From Roseovarius sp. (GTDB taxonomy: Bacteria; Pseudomonadota; Alphaproteobacteria; Rhodobacterales; Rhodobacteraceae): DNA of 64,000 bases. Location: assembly GCA_963691795.1 (NCBI GenBank), contig OY829373.1, positions 3,216,810 through 3,280,809 on the forward strand, read 5' to 3'. The translations under genes and the position numbers were made by a program. The notes under the pieces were generated by a model. The model did not search any database. It was not told the DNA's origin and saw nothing but the letters and a program-made list of their open reading frames with translations. Shown here piece after piece: positions 39,505 to 50,637 of the stretch (its first letter is position 1; every line of letters starts with the position of its first letter).

Positions 39505-40673
39505 TCTCGGTTGACGAGGCGCTTGCCCATCTCTTCGCGCTTGTTTCCCCTCTCGAAGAAGAGGTCGTCGCGTTGGACGCGGCCGCCTCTCGCGTGATGA
39601 TCCGCAGCGCCAAAGCCAAGCGCGACCAACCCCCCTTTCCAGCATCGGCCATGGATGGCTATGCAATTAGCGATCACGAGGTCCACCCCGGTGCACAGTT
39701 CTCCGTGATCGGAGAGGCTGCCGCCGGACATGCCTTTGAAGGCCATATCGGTCCCGGTCAGGCCACCCGCATTTTCACCGGCGCGCCCGTTCCGGAGGGT
39801 GCAGACCGCGTTGTAATTCAGGAAGACGTGGACCGTGAGGGCGACCGGATCACTCTGAAAGATAGTCTCGATCCCAAGTCATATGTGCGCCGGCAGGGCT
39901 CCGATTTCGCCATCGGCGATATGCTCGCCGCGCCGCGCCGCCTTGGTCCGTCCGACATTGCCCTGCTGGCCTCCATGAATATCCCGCAGGTCACGGTTAG
40001 CCGTCGCCCCATCGTCGCGCTGATCTCAACCGGGGATGAACTGGTACTCCCGGGCGACACCCCCGGCCCCGATCAAATCATCGCCTCCAACACTTTCGGG
40101 CTGAAGGCCATGCTGGATGCAGCCGGGGCCCATGCCCGCATTCTGCCCATTGCGCGCGATACGCGCCCCTCTCTCGAGCAGGCATTCAAACTGGCGCGGG
40201 GTGCGGACCTTGTGGTGACGATCGGCGGGGCGTCAGTAGGTGATCATGACCTCGTGGGCGCAGTCGCCGCGTCCTTGGGGATGGAGCAATCCTTCTACAA
40301 GATCCGCATGCGCCCAGGGAAACCGCTGATGGCAGGGAAAATGGGCGACGTGCCCATGGTGGGCCTTCCCGGAAACCCGGTCTCAGCCATGGTCTGCGGA
40401 CAGGTGTTCCTGATCCCAATGATCCGCGCGATGTTGGGGTTTCCCGCCGAACCCACACCACGATTGTCAGCCCCACTCGCCGTGGACATGCCCGAGGGTG
40501 GCCCACGGGAACATTACATGCGCGCCAACATCGACGACAAAGGCCTAACCCCGGCAGAGCGTCAGGACAGCTCGCTTTTGAACGTACTGGCCAAGTCCAA
40601 CGCCTTGATGGTGCGGCCAGTGGCTGACAGGCCGCGCGAGCGGGGTGAGGTGATGGAGTACCTGCCTCTTTGA
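39501..40673 (+). CDS. moeA: molybdopterin molybdotransferase
   Basis: MoeA-like (SAMDGYA...[13 protein letters not shown]...TGDEL...GGASVGDHD...GLPGNPVSA). ATGA overlap with moaC. Confidence 0.92.
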   Translation: MISVDEALAHLFALVSPLEEEVVALDAAASRVMIRSAKAKRDQPPFPASAMDGYAISDHEVHPGAQFSVIGEAAAGHAFEGHIGPGQATRIFTGAPVPEGADRVVIQEDVDREGDRITLKDSLDPKSYVRRQGSDFAIGDMLAAPRRLGPSDIALLASMNIPQVTVSRRPIVALISTGDELVLPGDTPGPDQIIASNTFGLKAMLDAAGAHARILPIARDTRPSLEQAFKLARGADLVVTIGGASVGDHDLVGAVAASLGMEQSFYKIRMRPGKPLMAGKMGDVPMVGLPGNPVSAMVCGQVFLIPMIRAMLGFPAEPTPRLSAPLAVDMPEGGPREHYMRANIDDKGLTPAERQDSSLLNVLAKSNALMVRPVADRPRERGEVMEYLPL

Positions 40674-40684
40674 TCTGGCAGAAC

Positions 40685-40702
40685 ATCCACAGTTTATCCA
40701 CA
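40685..40702 (+). promoter_or_regulatory. tandem ATCCACA motifs (ACATCCACA / TTATCCACA) 11 bp apart, upstream of lexA
   Basis: gaacATCCACAGtttATCCACACct read directly. The second motif is a perfect TTATCCACA DnaA box. The spacing is the same as at 1040-1059. Confidence 0.35.
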
Positions 40703-40722
40703 CCTATATTGACACAAAACAA

Positions 40723-40737
40723 GAACATGCGTAGAAC
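40723..40737 (+). promoter_or_regulatory. alphaproteobacterial SOS box GAACATGCGTAGAAC (GAAC-N7-GAAC)
   Basis: Exact direct-repeat match 35 nt upstream of the lexA ATG. It lies between a TTGACA (40709-40714) and overlaps a putative -10 TAGAAC (40732-40737). Confidence 0.7.
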
Positions 40738-40771
40738 AAACGTAAACGTATGGTCTTCGGAGGACGTGTAA

Positions 40772-41473
40772 ATGCTCACGAGAAAGCAACTCGATCTGCT
40801 GGAATTCATCCACAAACGCGTGCAGCGCGACGGTGTGCCGCCCAGCTTTGACGAAATGAAGGACGCGCTGGACCTGCGGTCTAAATCGGGCATTCACAGG
40901 CTGATCACGGCTCTCGAAGAACGTGGCTTCATCAGGCGCCTGGCACATCGGGCGCGCGCGCTCGAGATTGTGAAGCTGCCCGAAAGCCTCGGTGGGGATG
41001 CTACGGCCGGCTTCGTGCCGCGCGTGATTGAAGGTTCAAAGCCTGAGCCTATTCCCGCGCCTTCTGCAGCGCAACCCGTGGAAGCTACGGTGTTCGACAT
41101 TCCCATGATGGGTCGCATCGCGGCTGGTGTACCGATTGAAGCCATTGCAGATGGTAGCCGCAATGTGGCCGTACCGGGAGACATGATCAGCGGACGGGCA
41201 GGACATTATGCTCTTGAGGTAAAAGGCGATTCCATGATCGGGGCCGGCATCAATGACGGCGATGTGGTGGTAATCCGCGAGACGGACGTGGCCGACAATG
41301 GCGATATCGTTGTGGCTCTTGTGGAAGACCAGGAAGCCACCCTGAAGAAATTCTACCGCAACGGCACTGCGATTGCGCTCGAAGCCGCCAATCCGGCCTA
41401 CGAAACCCGTGTCCTGCCCGAAGACAAAGTGCGCGTGCAGGGCCGCCTTGTGGGCCTAATACGGACCTACTAA
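40772..41473 (+). CDS. lexA: LexA repressor
   Basis: N-terminal winged-helix [12 protein letters not shown], cleavage region RIAAGVP, catalytic KGDSM and ATLKKF. Confidence 0.95.
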   Translation: MLTRKQLDLLEFIHKRVQRDGVPPSFDEMKDALDLRSKSGIHRLITALEERGFIRRLAHRARALEIVKLPESLGGDATAGFVPRVIEGSKPEPIPAPSAAQPVEATVFDIPMMGRIAAGVPIEAIADGSRNVAVPGDMISGRAGHYALEVKGDSMIGAGINDGDVVVIRETDVADNGDIVVALVEDQEATLKKFYRNGTAIALEAANPAYETRVLPEDKVRVQGRLVGLIRTY

Positions 41474-41522
41474 CGCGCAAGCACGGGCTTTCATCTCAGC
41501 CTATCAGGTATTGTGGACCAGA

Positions 41523-41585
41523 ATGAAGCAGGGTTTTAACCCCCTGCTTCATCTTTCGGGGAAGTACTACGGGGGAACGCGCGGC
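41523..41585. repeat. repeat family B copy 2, including an 11-bp-stem hairpin (possible lexA/comEC terminator)
   Basis: ATGAAGCAGGG-ttttaacc-CCCTGCTTCAT (41523-41552) followed by CTTTC. It shares CCCTGCTTCATCTTTC...TAC..GGGGGA with 47097-47185. Confidence 0.5.
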
Positions 41586-41620
41586 AGGAGGCAGCGACCG
41601 CTGAACAAATTGTAGCTGCC

Positions 41621-43633
41621 TCAACGGGTATTCCAAAGCCGTGCGCCCGTGACCTGTCGGGCTGTAACAGGGATCAGGACGCCGTCTTTCTCAATAAGCG
41701 CTATAGCACCTGTCTGTCGCAGGCGGGCGGGCGTTAGGACTTGGCACCCTGTCAGCTCTGGCAAAGTGTCGGGCTCAGAATTGAGCACAACCCACTTCGC
41801 CGCGCCACACCCTGAGAATCCATCCGCAGCCTTCTGGCCGCGCAAAGCTATGACAGGCCAGCCGCTGCTGCCCTCCGGCCAACGTGCGAATGCCGCGTCC
41901 TGCGTGGCGCTGTCACCGTCATTTTCCAACCAGTTAAGCGCAATGAACCCCGCCCCCCTTGCCCTGTTAAGCGCCCTGCCCTGATCTGTCATCACTCCAA
42001 TAAGTCCGCCAGTATCAGCAATCAGGACAGCCGGCCGCTCAGCCAAGGCCCACAAGCCGAAGCCCGCAGCCACTGGAAGAAGGCCCACCACACGAAACCG
42101 TCCCTGCCAAAGGATCACAAAGAGCGCTCCGAGAGCAATCAGCGGCAGGATTGCAGGGCCGGGGCTTACCACCATGCCCCGCGCGCCCTCAAACCCGGAA
42201 ACCGTCTGCGCGACCCAAAGGATCCAGTCGAGCCCCAGCCCCATGGCCCAAAGCGGCACCCCTTCCAAGCCAAATGGCAAGAGGCAAGCCGCAAGTACCG
42301 CTGCAGGGATGACCAGTACCCCCATCAACGGTACGCTCAGCAGGTTGGCGACTAGGCCATAAGGGGCAAATTGGTTGAAATGTGCCGCCGCGATCGGTGC
42401 AGTCGCCAGCCCCGCCACGAGAGAAGATAGGAAGATAGCAACGAAGGGCTGCAACCATCTGGGGCCAAGTCGTTTATCGCGATCCCGGATATGGCTGAAC
42501 ACAGCTACAAGCGCCGTTGTGGCGGCAAAGGACATCTGGAAGCCGGGCCCCAGCAAGGCCTCAGGCTGCAAGACCAAAACGATCATCGCCGCAATTGCCA
42601 CAGCCCGCAAGGAAATCGCGCGCCGGTCAACCAGAAGCCCGCAGAACATGACAGCCACCATGACAAAAGCCCGCTCAGTCGCCACGTTGCCCCCAGAAAG
42701 AGCCAGATAGCCCGCCCCAGCCAGCATCGCCCCCAGGGCCGAGAGCTTCTTCGCGGGGGCCCGCAAACCAAGCCGCGGCACCGCCGCAAAGCCGAGGCGA
42801 AAAACCGAGAAGACGAACCCCGTGACAAGCGCCATGTGCAGGCCCGAGATCGCCAGGAGATGCGCGAGATTCGACACCCGCAGCGACGTGAGCGTGTCCT
42901 GCCCAATCCCCGACCGGTCACCAGCCATGATCGCTGCCGCGAACCCGCCAATCTCCCCGGGCAGCCGGTCCTGCACATGGCTGGAAAGCCACATTCGTGC
43001 CTTGAAAAGCCATTGTCCGCCCCGCGGTGGCGCAAGCACCAGAACCGGCGTGCGTGTGTATCCTACGGCCCCCAGACCCTGAAACCAGGCATGGCGCTGG
43101 AAATCAAAGCCAGCGGGCTCTACCGGGCCCGAAGGCGGGGAAAGATGTGCCGTCATGATAACAGTCAGGCCCGGTGTCGGCGCCGTAAACCCCTGCGATC
43201 CATGGAGTGCAACGCGCACCCGGTCGGGCGTCCTATCTGGCGCTACATTGGCCAGTCGGACCCGGTCCAGCGTCAGGCGCAGCGCGTCAGAGCCAGACCG
43301 GTCCATCCCGACAATCCGCCCTTCGACCGGGCCGTAGTAGCGCCAGCCCAAAACCGGACCCTCAACCATATGGGCGCGCAGCCCCGCCATGCACGTCCCC
43401 GCCGCCACAAGTAGCAATGCCCAAAGCAATGGGTCAGACAGCCGCCGCCGCAATGACAGACACCCAGCAGTAAGCACCACGACACCCAGGCAGGCGGCAA
43501 AAGCCCACCACTCTGGCTCAAACTTCAACTCAAAATAAAGCACCACCCCTGCGCCAAATGCCACCGGCGCCCATGGAAATAGGAAACCACGCTGATCAAG
43601 CCAGGCAGAGATCAAGACATCGGAACGGCGCAA
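41621..43633 (-). CDS. comEC: ComEC/Rec2-family competence membrane protein
   Basis: 670-aa polytopic membrane protein with a central ComEC-like region ([16 protein letters not shown]). Confidence 0.88.
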   Translation of the reverse strand: MRRSDVLISAWLDQRGFLFPWAPVAFGAGVVLYFELKFEPEWWAFAACLGVVVLTAGCLSLRRRLSDPLLWALLLVAAGTCMAGLRAHMVEGPVLGWRYYGPVEGRIVGMDRSGSDALRLTLDRVRLANVAPDRTPDRVRVALHGSQGFTAPTPGLTVIMTAHLSPPSGPVEPAGFDFQRHAWFQGLGAVGYTRTPVLVLAPPRGGQWLFKARMWLSSHVQDRLPGEIGGFAAAIMAGDRSGIGQDTLTSLRVSNLAHLLAISGLHMALVTGFVFSVFRLGFAAVPRLGLRAPAKKLSALGAMLAGAGYLALSGGNVATERAFVMVAVMFCGLLVDRRAISLRAVAIAAMIVLVLQPEALLGPGFQMSFAATTALVAVFSHIRDRDKRLGPRWLQPFVAIFLSSLVAGLATAPIAAAHFNQFAPYGLVANLLSVPLMGVLVIPAAVLAACLLPFGLEGVPLWAMGLGLDWILWVAQTVSGFEGARGMVVSPGPAILPLIALGALFVILWQGRFRVVGLLPVAAGFGLWALAERPAVLIADTGGLIGVMTDQGRALNRARGAGFIALNWLENDGDSATQDAAFARWPEGSSGWPVIALRGQKAADGFSGCGAAKWVVLNSEPDTLPELTGCQVLTPARLRQTGAIALIEKDGVLIPVTARQVTGARLWNTR

Positions 43634-43724
43634 GGCTTGTTTCCCCCCGTGCAGGCCGATAGACAGTCGAAACGCGCCCTTTCAGGGTATCTCCCAAGCC
43701 GTTACCGAAAGGTTAATCCGACCG

Positions 43725-45131
43725 ATGTCACAGCCCGTCGTCACCCGTTTTGCTCCGTCCCCCACCGGTTTTCTGCATATCGGCGGCGCACGCACGGCGC
43801 TTTTCAACTGGCTTTTTGCCCGTGGCCATGGCGGCAAGTTCCTGTTGCGAATCGAGGACACAGATCTCGCACGCTCCACCCCTGAGGCGACGCAGGCGAT
43901 CATTGACGGGCTGGCCTGGCTAGGCCTTGACCATGATGGCGAGGCCATCTCCCAGTTCGAGCGCGCCGATCGCCATGCCGAGGTAGCCCATCACCTTCTT
44001 GCATCAGGATCGGCCTACAAGTGCTTCTCAACACAGGAAGAAATACAATCGTTTCGCGATGAAGCACGGGCCAAGGGAAGCTCTACCCTGTTTCGCAGCC
44101 CCTGGCGTGACGCCGATCCTGCCACATACCCCGATGCGCCCTTTGTGATCCGAATCAAAGCCCCGCAGGACGGGCAGACGCTCATCCGCGACGCCGTGCA
44201 GGGCAATGTCACCATCCGCAACGAGCAGCTAGACGACATGGTCCTGCTGCGCAGCGATGGCACACCGGTCTACATGCTGGCTGTAGCGGTGGATGACCAT
44301 GACATGGGCGTGACCCATGTGATCCGGGGGGATGACCACCTCAACAATGCGGCAAGGCAAATGATGATCTATGATGCCATGGGCTGGCCGGTGCCCATCT
44401 ACGCCCATATTCCATTGATCCACGGGCCTGATGGTAAAAAACTGTCCAAACGACACGGTGCGCTCGGCGTCGAGGAATATCGCGACATGGGCTACCCGGC
44501 CGCAGCCATGCGCAACTACCTCGCCCGGCTGGGTTGGAGCCATGGCGATGACGAATTCTTTACCGATGCGCAGGCGCAGGAATGGTTTGATCTTGGCGGG
44601 ATTGGCAAATCCCCGGCGCGGTTCGATTTCAAGCGCCTCGACCATCTCAGCGGTCAGCACATCGCTGCTATGGATGATGCTGCACTGCTGCATGAATGGC
44701 GCACCTTTCGCGCTGCGATCGGCGAAACCGACTTTACCTCGGGTCAGTCAGAGCTTTTACTGACGGGCATGTACTGCCTGAAGGAGCGCGCGAAGACCTT
44801 CTTTGAACTTGCTGACAAAGCAGAGTTTATCTTGACAGACAGGCCAATCTCACCCAACGAGAAGGCCGCGAAAAATCTAGACAATGTATCCCGTGGTATA
44901 CTGAGTGAATTGACGCCGCACCTGCAAACTGCTACGTGGACTCGCGAAGGTCTTGAGGCGTCTATACAGGCGTTCGTAGACGCCAGAGAAACCAAGTTTG
45001 GAAAGCTGGCAGGTCCAATGCGTTCTGCCCTTTCCGGGCGAAGCGCCACACCGAGCGTGTTTGACATGTTGTTGGTGCTGGGGCGCGGTGAATCACTCGC
45101 GCGGTTGCAGGATGCGGCTGGCGCTCAATAG
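43725..45131 (+). CDS. gltX: glutamate--tRNA ligase
   Basis: HIGH motif [16 protein letters not shown] and KMSKS motif KKLSKRHG. Confidence 0.95.
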   Translation: MSQPVVTRFAPSPTGFLHIGGARTALFNWLFARGHGGKFLLRIEDTDLARSTPEATQAIIDGLAWLGLDHDGEAISQFERADRHAEVAHHLLASGSAYKCFSTQEEIQSFRDEARAKGSSTLFRSPWRDADPATYPDAPFVIRIKAPQDGQTLIRDAVQGNVTIRNEQLDDMVLLRSDGTPVYMLAVAVDDHDMGVTHVIRGDDHLNNAARQMMIYDAMGWPVPIYAHIPLIHGPDGKKLSKRHGALGVEEYRDMGYPAAAMRNYLARLGWSHGDDEFFTDAQAQEWFDLGGIGKSPARFDFKRLDHLSGQHIAAMDDAALLHEWRTFRAAIGETDFTSGQSELLLTGMYCLKERAKTFFELADKAEFILTDRPISPNEKAAKNLDNVSRGILSELTPHLQTATWTREGLEASIQAFVDARETKFGKLAGPMRSALSGRSATPSVFDMLLVLGRGESLARLQDAAGAQ

Positions 45132-45204
45132 GTAGCCCACGGGGCTGTAAAAATAAGAGCAGCTGGGCACGTACCCGGCTTTGCAAAGAGAAGGGAGGAC
45201 CCCC

Positions 45205-46500
45205 ATGGCGGAGAGCACTAAATCAGCAAAACTGACAATTGACGGGACGGATTACGACCTGCCAATGTTTTCCCCGACGGCGGGCCCGGATGTAATCGAT
45301 ATCCGCAAACTGTATGGTCAGGCAGGTGTCTTTACCTACGACCCCGGCTTTACCTCGACAGCAAGCTGCGATAGCACGATCACCTTTATCGACGGTGGCC
45401 AGGGTGAGTTGCTGCACCGCGGGTATCCGATTGACCAACTTGCTGAAAAATCTCACTTCCTCGAAGTCTGCTACTTGCTGCTTTATGGCGAACTGCCTTC
45501 AGCCTCACAGCTGGAAGATTTCGAAGGCCGCGTGACCATGCACACGATGCTGCATGAACAAATGCATTTTCTCTTCCGCGGCTACCGGCGGGATGCGCAC
45601 CCAATGGCTATCATGGTGGGCGTCGTTGGCGCACTCAGCGCGTTTTACCACGACTCCACCGACATAAATGACCCATGGCAGCGCGAAGTTGCCTCTATCC
45701 GACTGATCGCCAAAATGCCTACCATTGCGGCCATGGCCTACAAGTATTCGATCGGCCAGCCCTTTGTTTACCCGCGCAACGAACTTGATTACGCCTCAAA
45801 CTTCCTGCGCATGTGCTTTGCGGTTCCTGCCAGCGATTACCAGGTGAATCCGATCCTGAGCCGCGCCATGGATCGCATCTTCACCCTGCATGCCGATCAT
45901 GAACAAAACGCCTCAACATCAACGGTGCGTTTGGCCTCTTCCTCGGGCGCCAATCCGTTTGCCTGCATTGCCGCCGGCATTGCGTGCCTCTGGGGTCCGG
46001 CGCATGGTGGGGCAAATCAGGCTTGCCTGGAAATGCTGCGCGAGATTGGCACGGTCGATCGGATCCCCGAATTCATCGCCCGTGCCAAGGATAAGGACGA
46101 CGATTTCCGCCTGATGGGCTTTGGACACCGCGTCTACAAGAATTTCGACCCGCGCGCGAAGGTGATGAAGCAATCCGCCGACGAGGTGCTTGAGCTTCTG
46201 GGGGTTGAGGACAATCCCATCCTGCAGGTCGCGAAAGAATTGGAAAAGCAGGCGCTTGAAGATGCCTATTTCGCTGACAAGAAGCTCTTTCCCAATGTGG
46301 ATTTCTATTCCGGCATCATCCTAGAGGCTATGGGCTTCCCCACCTCTATGTTCACACCCATCTTCGCCGTTTCCCGCACAGTGGGCTGGATTTCTCAGTG
46401 GAAAGAGATGATCGCCGACCCACAGCTCAAGATTGGCCGCCCGCGCCAACTATACCAGGGCGAGACGATGCGCGATTACGTGGATATGGAAAAACGCTAA
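45205..46500 (+). CDS. gltA: citrate synthase
   Basis: [28 protein letters not shown] 45205 is preceded by GGGAGGA. Confidence 0.95.
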   Translation: MAESTKSAKLTIDGTDYDLPMFSPTAGPDVIDIRKLYGQAGVFTYDPGFTSTASCDSTITFIDGGQGELLHRGYPIDQLAEKSHFLEVCYLLLYGELPSASQLEDFEGRVTMHTMLHEQMHFLFRGYRRDAHPMAIMVGVVGALSAFYHDSTDINDPWQREVASIRLIAKMPTIAAMAYKYSIGQPFVYPRNELDYASNFLRMCFAVPASDYQVNPILSRAMDRIFTLHADHEQNASTSTVRLASSSGANPFACIAAGIACLWGPAHGGANQACLEMLREIGTVDRIPEFIARAKDKDDDFRLMGFGHRVYKNFDPRAKVMKQSADEVLELLGVEDNPILQVAKELEKQALEDAYFADKKLFPNVDFYSGIILEAMGFPTSMFTPIFAVSRTVGWISQWKEMIADPQLKIGRPRQLYQGETMRDYVDMEKR

Positions 46501-46519
46501 CGCAAATCACAACCTTGCG

Positions 46520-46555
46520 AAGGCCCCGGCAGGTTTCCCCGCCAGGGCCTTTTTC
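46520..46555 (+). terminator. Rho-independent terminator downstream of gltA
   Basis: GC-rich hairpin AAGGCCCCGGC...GCCAGGGCCTT followed by TTTTT. Confidence 0.7.
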
Positions 46556-46643
46556 AGTTGCATCAAATTGCACGCGTTTAGTGGCCGCCATATACCCCTG
46601 ATTTATCCCGGATTAACGCGAATAAGGGCAGACTAAACCACGT

Positions 46644-47081
46644 TTGACGCTTCAGGACAGTTTCATGCCCGATGCACCCACCCTGCGCCGCCCAAGACCG
46701 CCCCGCCTGACACGGCACACCGCGCCTTCGCAAGGGCTGGGCCCGCCAGGCTTCCTGATCCATGCTGCGCATGTCATCCCAATGAACCCTGACCCGGTGA
46801 TAAATCCACCTGATCCACTGGAACAGGCCGTCGCGTCAGGAAAAATCTGGGAAGAAGGCCACACCCCTGTTGAGATCGACCGCTTCGATGCACGCGAAGA
46901 TGTCCTTTCGCTTGTTCTTGGCAGATCACAGCAGCCCCCTGTGTTCACCTTACGCAAGACGTGCCATGACAGTTGCGTTCATGTGCTTGCAAATGGTCAG
47001 ACGCTGGCTCGCATCCACGACATCCCCTCGGGTATCTCCCTATCCGATATCCGGATCCTGAACCTGAAATCCGCGCCATAG
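46644..47081 (+). CDS. hypothetical protein
   Basis: An ORF with moderate coding appearance, possibly starting at an internal Met (MNPDPV). No family is recognised. Confidence 0.35.
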   Translation: MTLQDSFMPDAPTLRRPRPPRLTRHTAPSQGLGPPGFLIHAAHVIPMNPDPVINPPDPLEQAVASGKIWEEGHTPVEIDRFDAREDVLSLVLGRSQQPPVFTLRKTCHDSCVHVLANGQTLARIHDIPSGISLSDIRILNLKSAP

Positions 47082-47096
47082 GTATTTGCGACCAGA

Positions 47097-47185
47097 AAGA
47101 AGCGAGGGTCATCACCCTGCTTCATCTTTCCTTAAATACCCCGGGGGAGGCGCCTTAAAGGCGACGGGGGCAGCGCCTCTATCCA
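47097..47185. repeat. repeat family B copy 3
   Basis: GAAGCGAGGGTCATCACCCTGCTTCATCTTTCCTTAAATACCCCGGGGGAGG...GGGGGCAGCGCC shares blocks with 812-925 and 41523-41585. Confidence 0.55.
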
Positions 47186-47199
47186 ATCATACTGTCGCG

Positions 47200-47979
47200 T
47201 CAGCGTCCTTCGAATTCGGCCTTGCGCTTATCCAAAAACGCCACGACACCTTCCTTGAAATCCCGCGTCCGACCGCATTTGCCCTGCAGCCGCGCCTCTA
47301 AATCCAGCTGGCCATCGAGGCCATGCTCCCACGTCCCGCGGATTGCGCGCTTGATGTTAGCATAGGCCGCCGTTGGCCCGCTGGCCAAGTGCGCGGCCCG
47401 GGCACGCCAATGGGTGTCGAACGCCTCGTCCGCCACAGCCTCCCAGATCATGCCCCAGGCATCGGCCTGTTTTGCGCTGATCGGCTCGGCAAAAAGGGAT
47501 GCACCCATGGCTTTGGCGGCACCCATCTGGCGCGGCATCCAAAACGTCCCTCCCGCATCCGGGATCAGGCCAATACGGGCGAAGGCCTGCAAGAAATAGG
47601 CGCTCTCAGACGCGATCACCACATCCGCCGCCAACGCAAGATTCGCCCCTGCCCCAGCCGCCGCGCCGTTCACGGCCGCGATTGTTGGCACCGGGCTGTC
47701 CGATATGGCCTTGAGCATTGGCACATATTCATCCCGCAGGACCCGCTCCAGATCAATCTTGGTCGCCAGACCGCCATCGCTAAGGTCCTGACCTGCGCAA
47801 AATGCCTTGCCCGCGCCCGTCAACACCATAACCCGTGCATGCCGGGGTGCAAAACGGGCTGCATCAATCACCTCGGCCCGCATCTCAGCACTCAGCGCGT
47901 TCATACGGTCTGGCCGGTTCAGGCGCAGCACTGCGATGTCGTTTTCGACCTCCAATTCGATACTCTGGTAGTCTTTCAT
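47200..47979 (-). CDS. enoyl-CoA hydratase/isomerase family protein
   Basis: Crotonase-fold sequence (VMVLTGAGKAFCAGQDL...AAVNGAAAGAGANLALAAD). Confidence 0.88.
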   Translation of the reverse strand: MKDYQSIELEVENDIAVLRLNRPDRMNALSAEMRAEVIDAARFAPRHARVMVLTGAGKAFCAGQDLSDGGLATKIDLERVLRDEYVPMLKAISDSPVPTIAAVNGAAAGAGANLALAADVVIASESAYFLQAFARIGLIPDAGGTFWMPRQMGAAKAMGASLFAEPISAKQADAWGMIWEAVADEAFDTHWRARAAHLASGPTAAYANIKRAIRGTWEHGLDGQLDLEARLQGKCGRTRDFKEGVVAFLDKRKAEFEGR

Positions 47980-48057
47980 GTCGCGCCTCGCTTGCTGATC
48001 GCCATTGTCCTGCTTGTCCTACACCCGTTCGCCCGACGTTGGAACGAGTATGGCATG

Positions 48058-48510
48058 TCAGTCCTTCATAATTTCCTCAAGCCGCGCCCGTTCCTGATCC
48101 GAGAGCTCTGCCGCGCCCGCATCAATGTCAGAGGCGCGCCGCCGCACGAACGCAAGACCCAGCCCTAACCCAAGCACCAGCATCGCGGGCCCAGCCAGCC
48201 AAAGCACCAGGTTGCTGCCCGAGGTCCGGGGTTTGAGCAGTACATATTCCCCAAACCGCGCCACGACATAGTCGATCACTGCCGCGTCACTGTCACCGGC
48301 CACCAACCTTTCGCGCACCAGCAGGCGAAGATCACGGGCAAGCGGCGCGTTCGATTCATCGATGCTCTCATTGCGGCACACGAGACAGCGCAACCCGGCC
48401 GAAAGATTTCGCGCACGCTCCTCAAGCATGGGATCATCTAGCACTTCATCGGGCTGTACCGCAAAGACCGGTGCGGCCAGAAAACACAAGATAAGGACCA
48501 GCTGCTTCAT
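48058..48510 (-). CDS. ccmH: cytochrome c-type biogenesis protein CcmH
   Basis: Signal peptide plus LRCLVCRNESIDESNA (CxxC) and a C-terminal TM. Confidence 0.9.
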   Translation of the reverse strand: MKQLVLILCFLAAPVFAVQPDEVLDDPMLEERARNLSAGLRCLVCRNESIDESNAPLARDLRLLVRERLVAGDSDAAVIDYVVARFGEYVLLKPRTSGSNLVLWLAGPAMLVLGLGLGLAFVRRRASDIDAGAAELSDQERARLEEIMKD

Positions 48511-50483
48511 TCAGCGGCCACCTTTGGACCTGAACCCGCGGTCTTTCTGCGCGCCCCCGCTGCCACGCGGTAGCGTCGGTCGCTCAGGGACAAAAGCCCA
48601 CCCAGCGCCATAAGGATCGAGCCGCCCCAGATCCAGTTGGCAAGCGGCTTATAGTAACTGCGCACCGCCCATCCACCATCCGATTGCGGATCGCCAAGAG
48701 ATACGTATATGTCGCGCAAAAACCCGATATTCAAAGCAGCCTCGGTGGTTGGCATTTTTGCCACCGGGTAAAAGCGCTTTTCGGGATGCATCGTACCCAG
48801 TTCTCGGTCCCCCTTGAAGAGCGTCAGGTTACCCACAGTAGCAACAAAATTGGGGCCCTGGCGTTCTTCCACGGAATTGAGCATCAGCGAATAACCCGCC
48901 AGCTCAAAACTGTCCCCGGGATGGGCCACGCGAATATCCTCATCCTCCCAAGCCATCATCGCAGCGATACCCGCTATGGTCACACCAAGGCCGGCATGGG
49001 CCACCGACTTGCCCCAATCTGCCCGCGGCAGGCGCATCAGCCGCTGCATACGGTTCCCGGAACGACCAGTCCGGCCCATCAGGTCCATGACGGATCCCGC
49101 CACCAGCCAGGCACCCAGAAAAAGGCCAATCGGCCCAAGCGCGCTGCGCCCTGTCTGCAGCGCATAGGCCAACGCGCCTACGGCAAGCGCCAGCACGAAA
49201 GCCGGCACCAGCTTGCGGACCGTTTGCCCAAGTTGCGCCCGCTTCCAGGGCAGCATGGCCCCCACAGGCAGAACCAGCCCAAGTGCCAACATGAACGGCG
49301 CGAAGGCCAGGTTGAAAAACGGCGGTCCGACCGAAAGTTTGCGATCAAAGGCCAATTCGCTTACCAGCGGCCAGATCGTGCCAACGAAAATCACGAAGGC
49401 CGAGACGGCCAGCAGCAGGTTGTTCAACACCAGCATGGATTCGCGGCTCATCAGCCCGAAAACGCCCTTGGACTGCAAAATGCCCGCCCGGACCGAGAAC
49501 AGCGTGAGCCCGATCATCATGAAGAAGGCTAGGATCAAAAGCAGGAAAACACCGCGTTCCGGATCGGTCGCAAAGGCGTGCACAGATGTCAGCACGCCCG
49601 AGCGCGTGATGAATGCGCCCACCATCGAAAATCCGAAGGCAACGATGGCAAGAAGGATCGTCCAACTTTTGAGCGCCTCACGCTTCTCCACTACGATGGC
49701 ACAATGCAGCAAGGCGGCGGCAATCAGCCATGGCATGAAGGAGGCATTTTCAACCGGGTCCCAAAACCAGAACCCGCCCCAGCCCAGTTCATAATAGGCC
49801 CACCAGCTGCCCAGCCCGATACCCACGGTCAGGAACATCCACGCCGCCAGCGTGTAAGGGCGCACCCATCTGCCCCAAGCAGCATCAACACGCCCCTCCA
49901 AAAGGGCGGCAATGGCAAAGGAGTACGTCATCGAAAGGCCGACATAGCCCAGGTAGAGGAAGGGCGGGTGGAACGCGAGACCGGGGTCCTGCAGAAGCGG
50001 GTTCAGATCTTGGCCGTCAAATGGGATGATCCCCATCCGCAGAAACGGGTTGGATGAAAAAAGAATAAAGGCGAAAAACGCTGCCGCCACCAGCGACTGA
50101 ATGGCTAGAACCCGCGCTCTTAGGCTGGGCGGCAACCCGCCCCCCCGCAGTGCAGCCACTGCGCCAAAGAGTGTCACGATCAGAACCCACAATAGCATGG
50201 AGCCCTCGTGATTGCCCCAAACACCTGTCACCTTGTAGAGCATCGGCTTGAGCGAGTGGGAATTAACCACGACCAGTTGCAGTGAGAAATCCGAGACCAC
50301 GAAAGCATAAGTCAGCGCGCCAAAGGCAATCGCCGTCATGGCAAACTGCAAAACTGCCCCCGGCTCGGCCACAGCCATCCAGCCATGCCATCTTTGATGT
50401 GCCCCAATAAGGGGCACGGTGGCTGTGAAAATCGACAGCACAAACGCCAGTATTAGCGCGAAATGACCGAACTCTGCGACCAT
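48507..50483 (-). CDS. ccmF: cytochrome c heme lyase subunit CcmF
   Basis: WWD motif WGGFWFWDPVEN, about 15 TM segments, 4-nt overlap with ccmH. Start is set at the Met of MVAEFGHFAL. Confidence 0.93.
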   Translation of the reverse strand: MVAEFGHFALILAFVLSIFTATVPLIGAHQRWHGWMAVAEPGAVLQFAMTAIAFGALTYAFVVSDFSLQLVVVNSHSLKPMLYKVTGVWGNHEGSMLLWVLIVTLFGAVAALRGGGLPPSLRARVLAIQSLVAAAFFAFILFSSNPFLRMGIIPFDGQDLNPLLQDPGLAFHPPFLYLGYVGLSMTYSFAIAALLEGRVDAAWGRWVRPYTLAAWMFLTVGIGLGSWWAYYELGWGGFWFWDPVENASFMPWLIAAALLHCAIVVEKREALKSWTILLAIVAFGFSMVGAFITRSGVLTSVHAFATDPERGVFLLLILAFFMMIGLTLFSVRAGILQSKGVFGLMSRESMLVLNNLLLAVSAFVIFVGTIWPLVSELAFDRKLSVGPPFFNLAFAPFMLALGLVLPVGAMLPWKRAQLGQTVRKLVPAFVLALAVGALAYALQTGRSALGPIGLFLGAWLVAGSVMDLMGRTGRSGNRMQRLMRLPRADWGKSVAHAGLGVTIAGIAAMMAWEDEDIRVAHPGDSFELAGYSLMLNSVEERQGPNFVATVGNLTLFKGDRELGTMHPEKRFYPVAKMPTTEAALNIGFLRDIYVSLGDPQSDGGWAVRSYYKPLANWIWGGSILMALGGLLSLSDRRYRVAAGARRKTAGSGPKVAAE

Positions 50484-50637
50484 TCCATTTATATAAACAC
50501 CTGGCGCCACAACAACCACAGACATTCCGTCGCGGCATTCGCTTAAAACTAGGACTTGGCTTCATCTTTTCCCAGACATTCTGGGGGACAGGCCTGAAAG
50601 GCGATGAGGGCTGCGCTTCCTATATCCGGCGTTCTCT

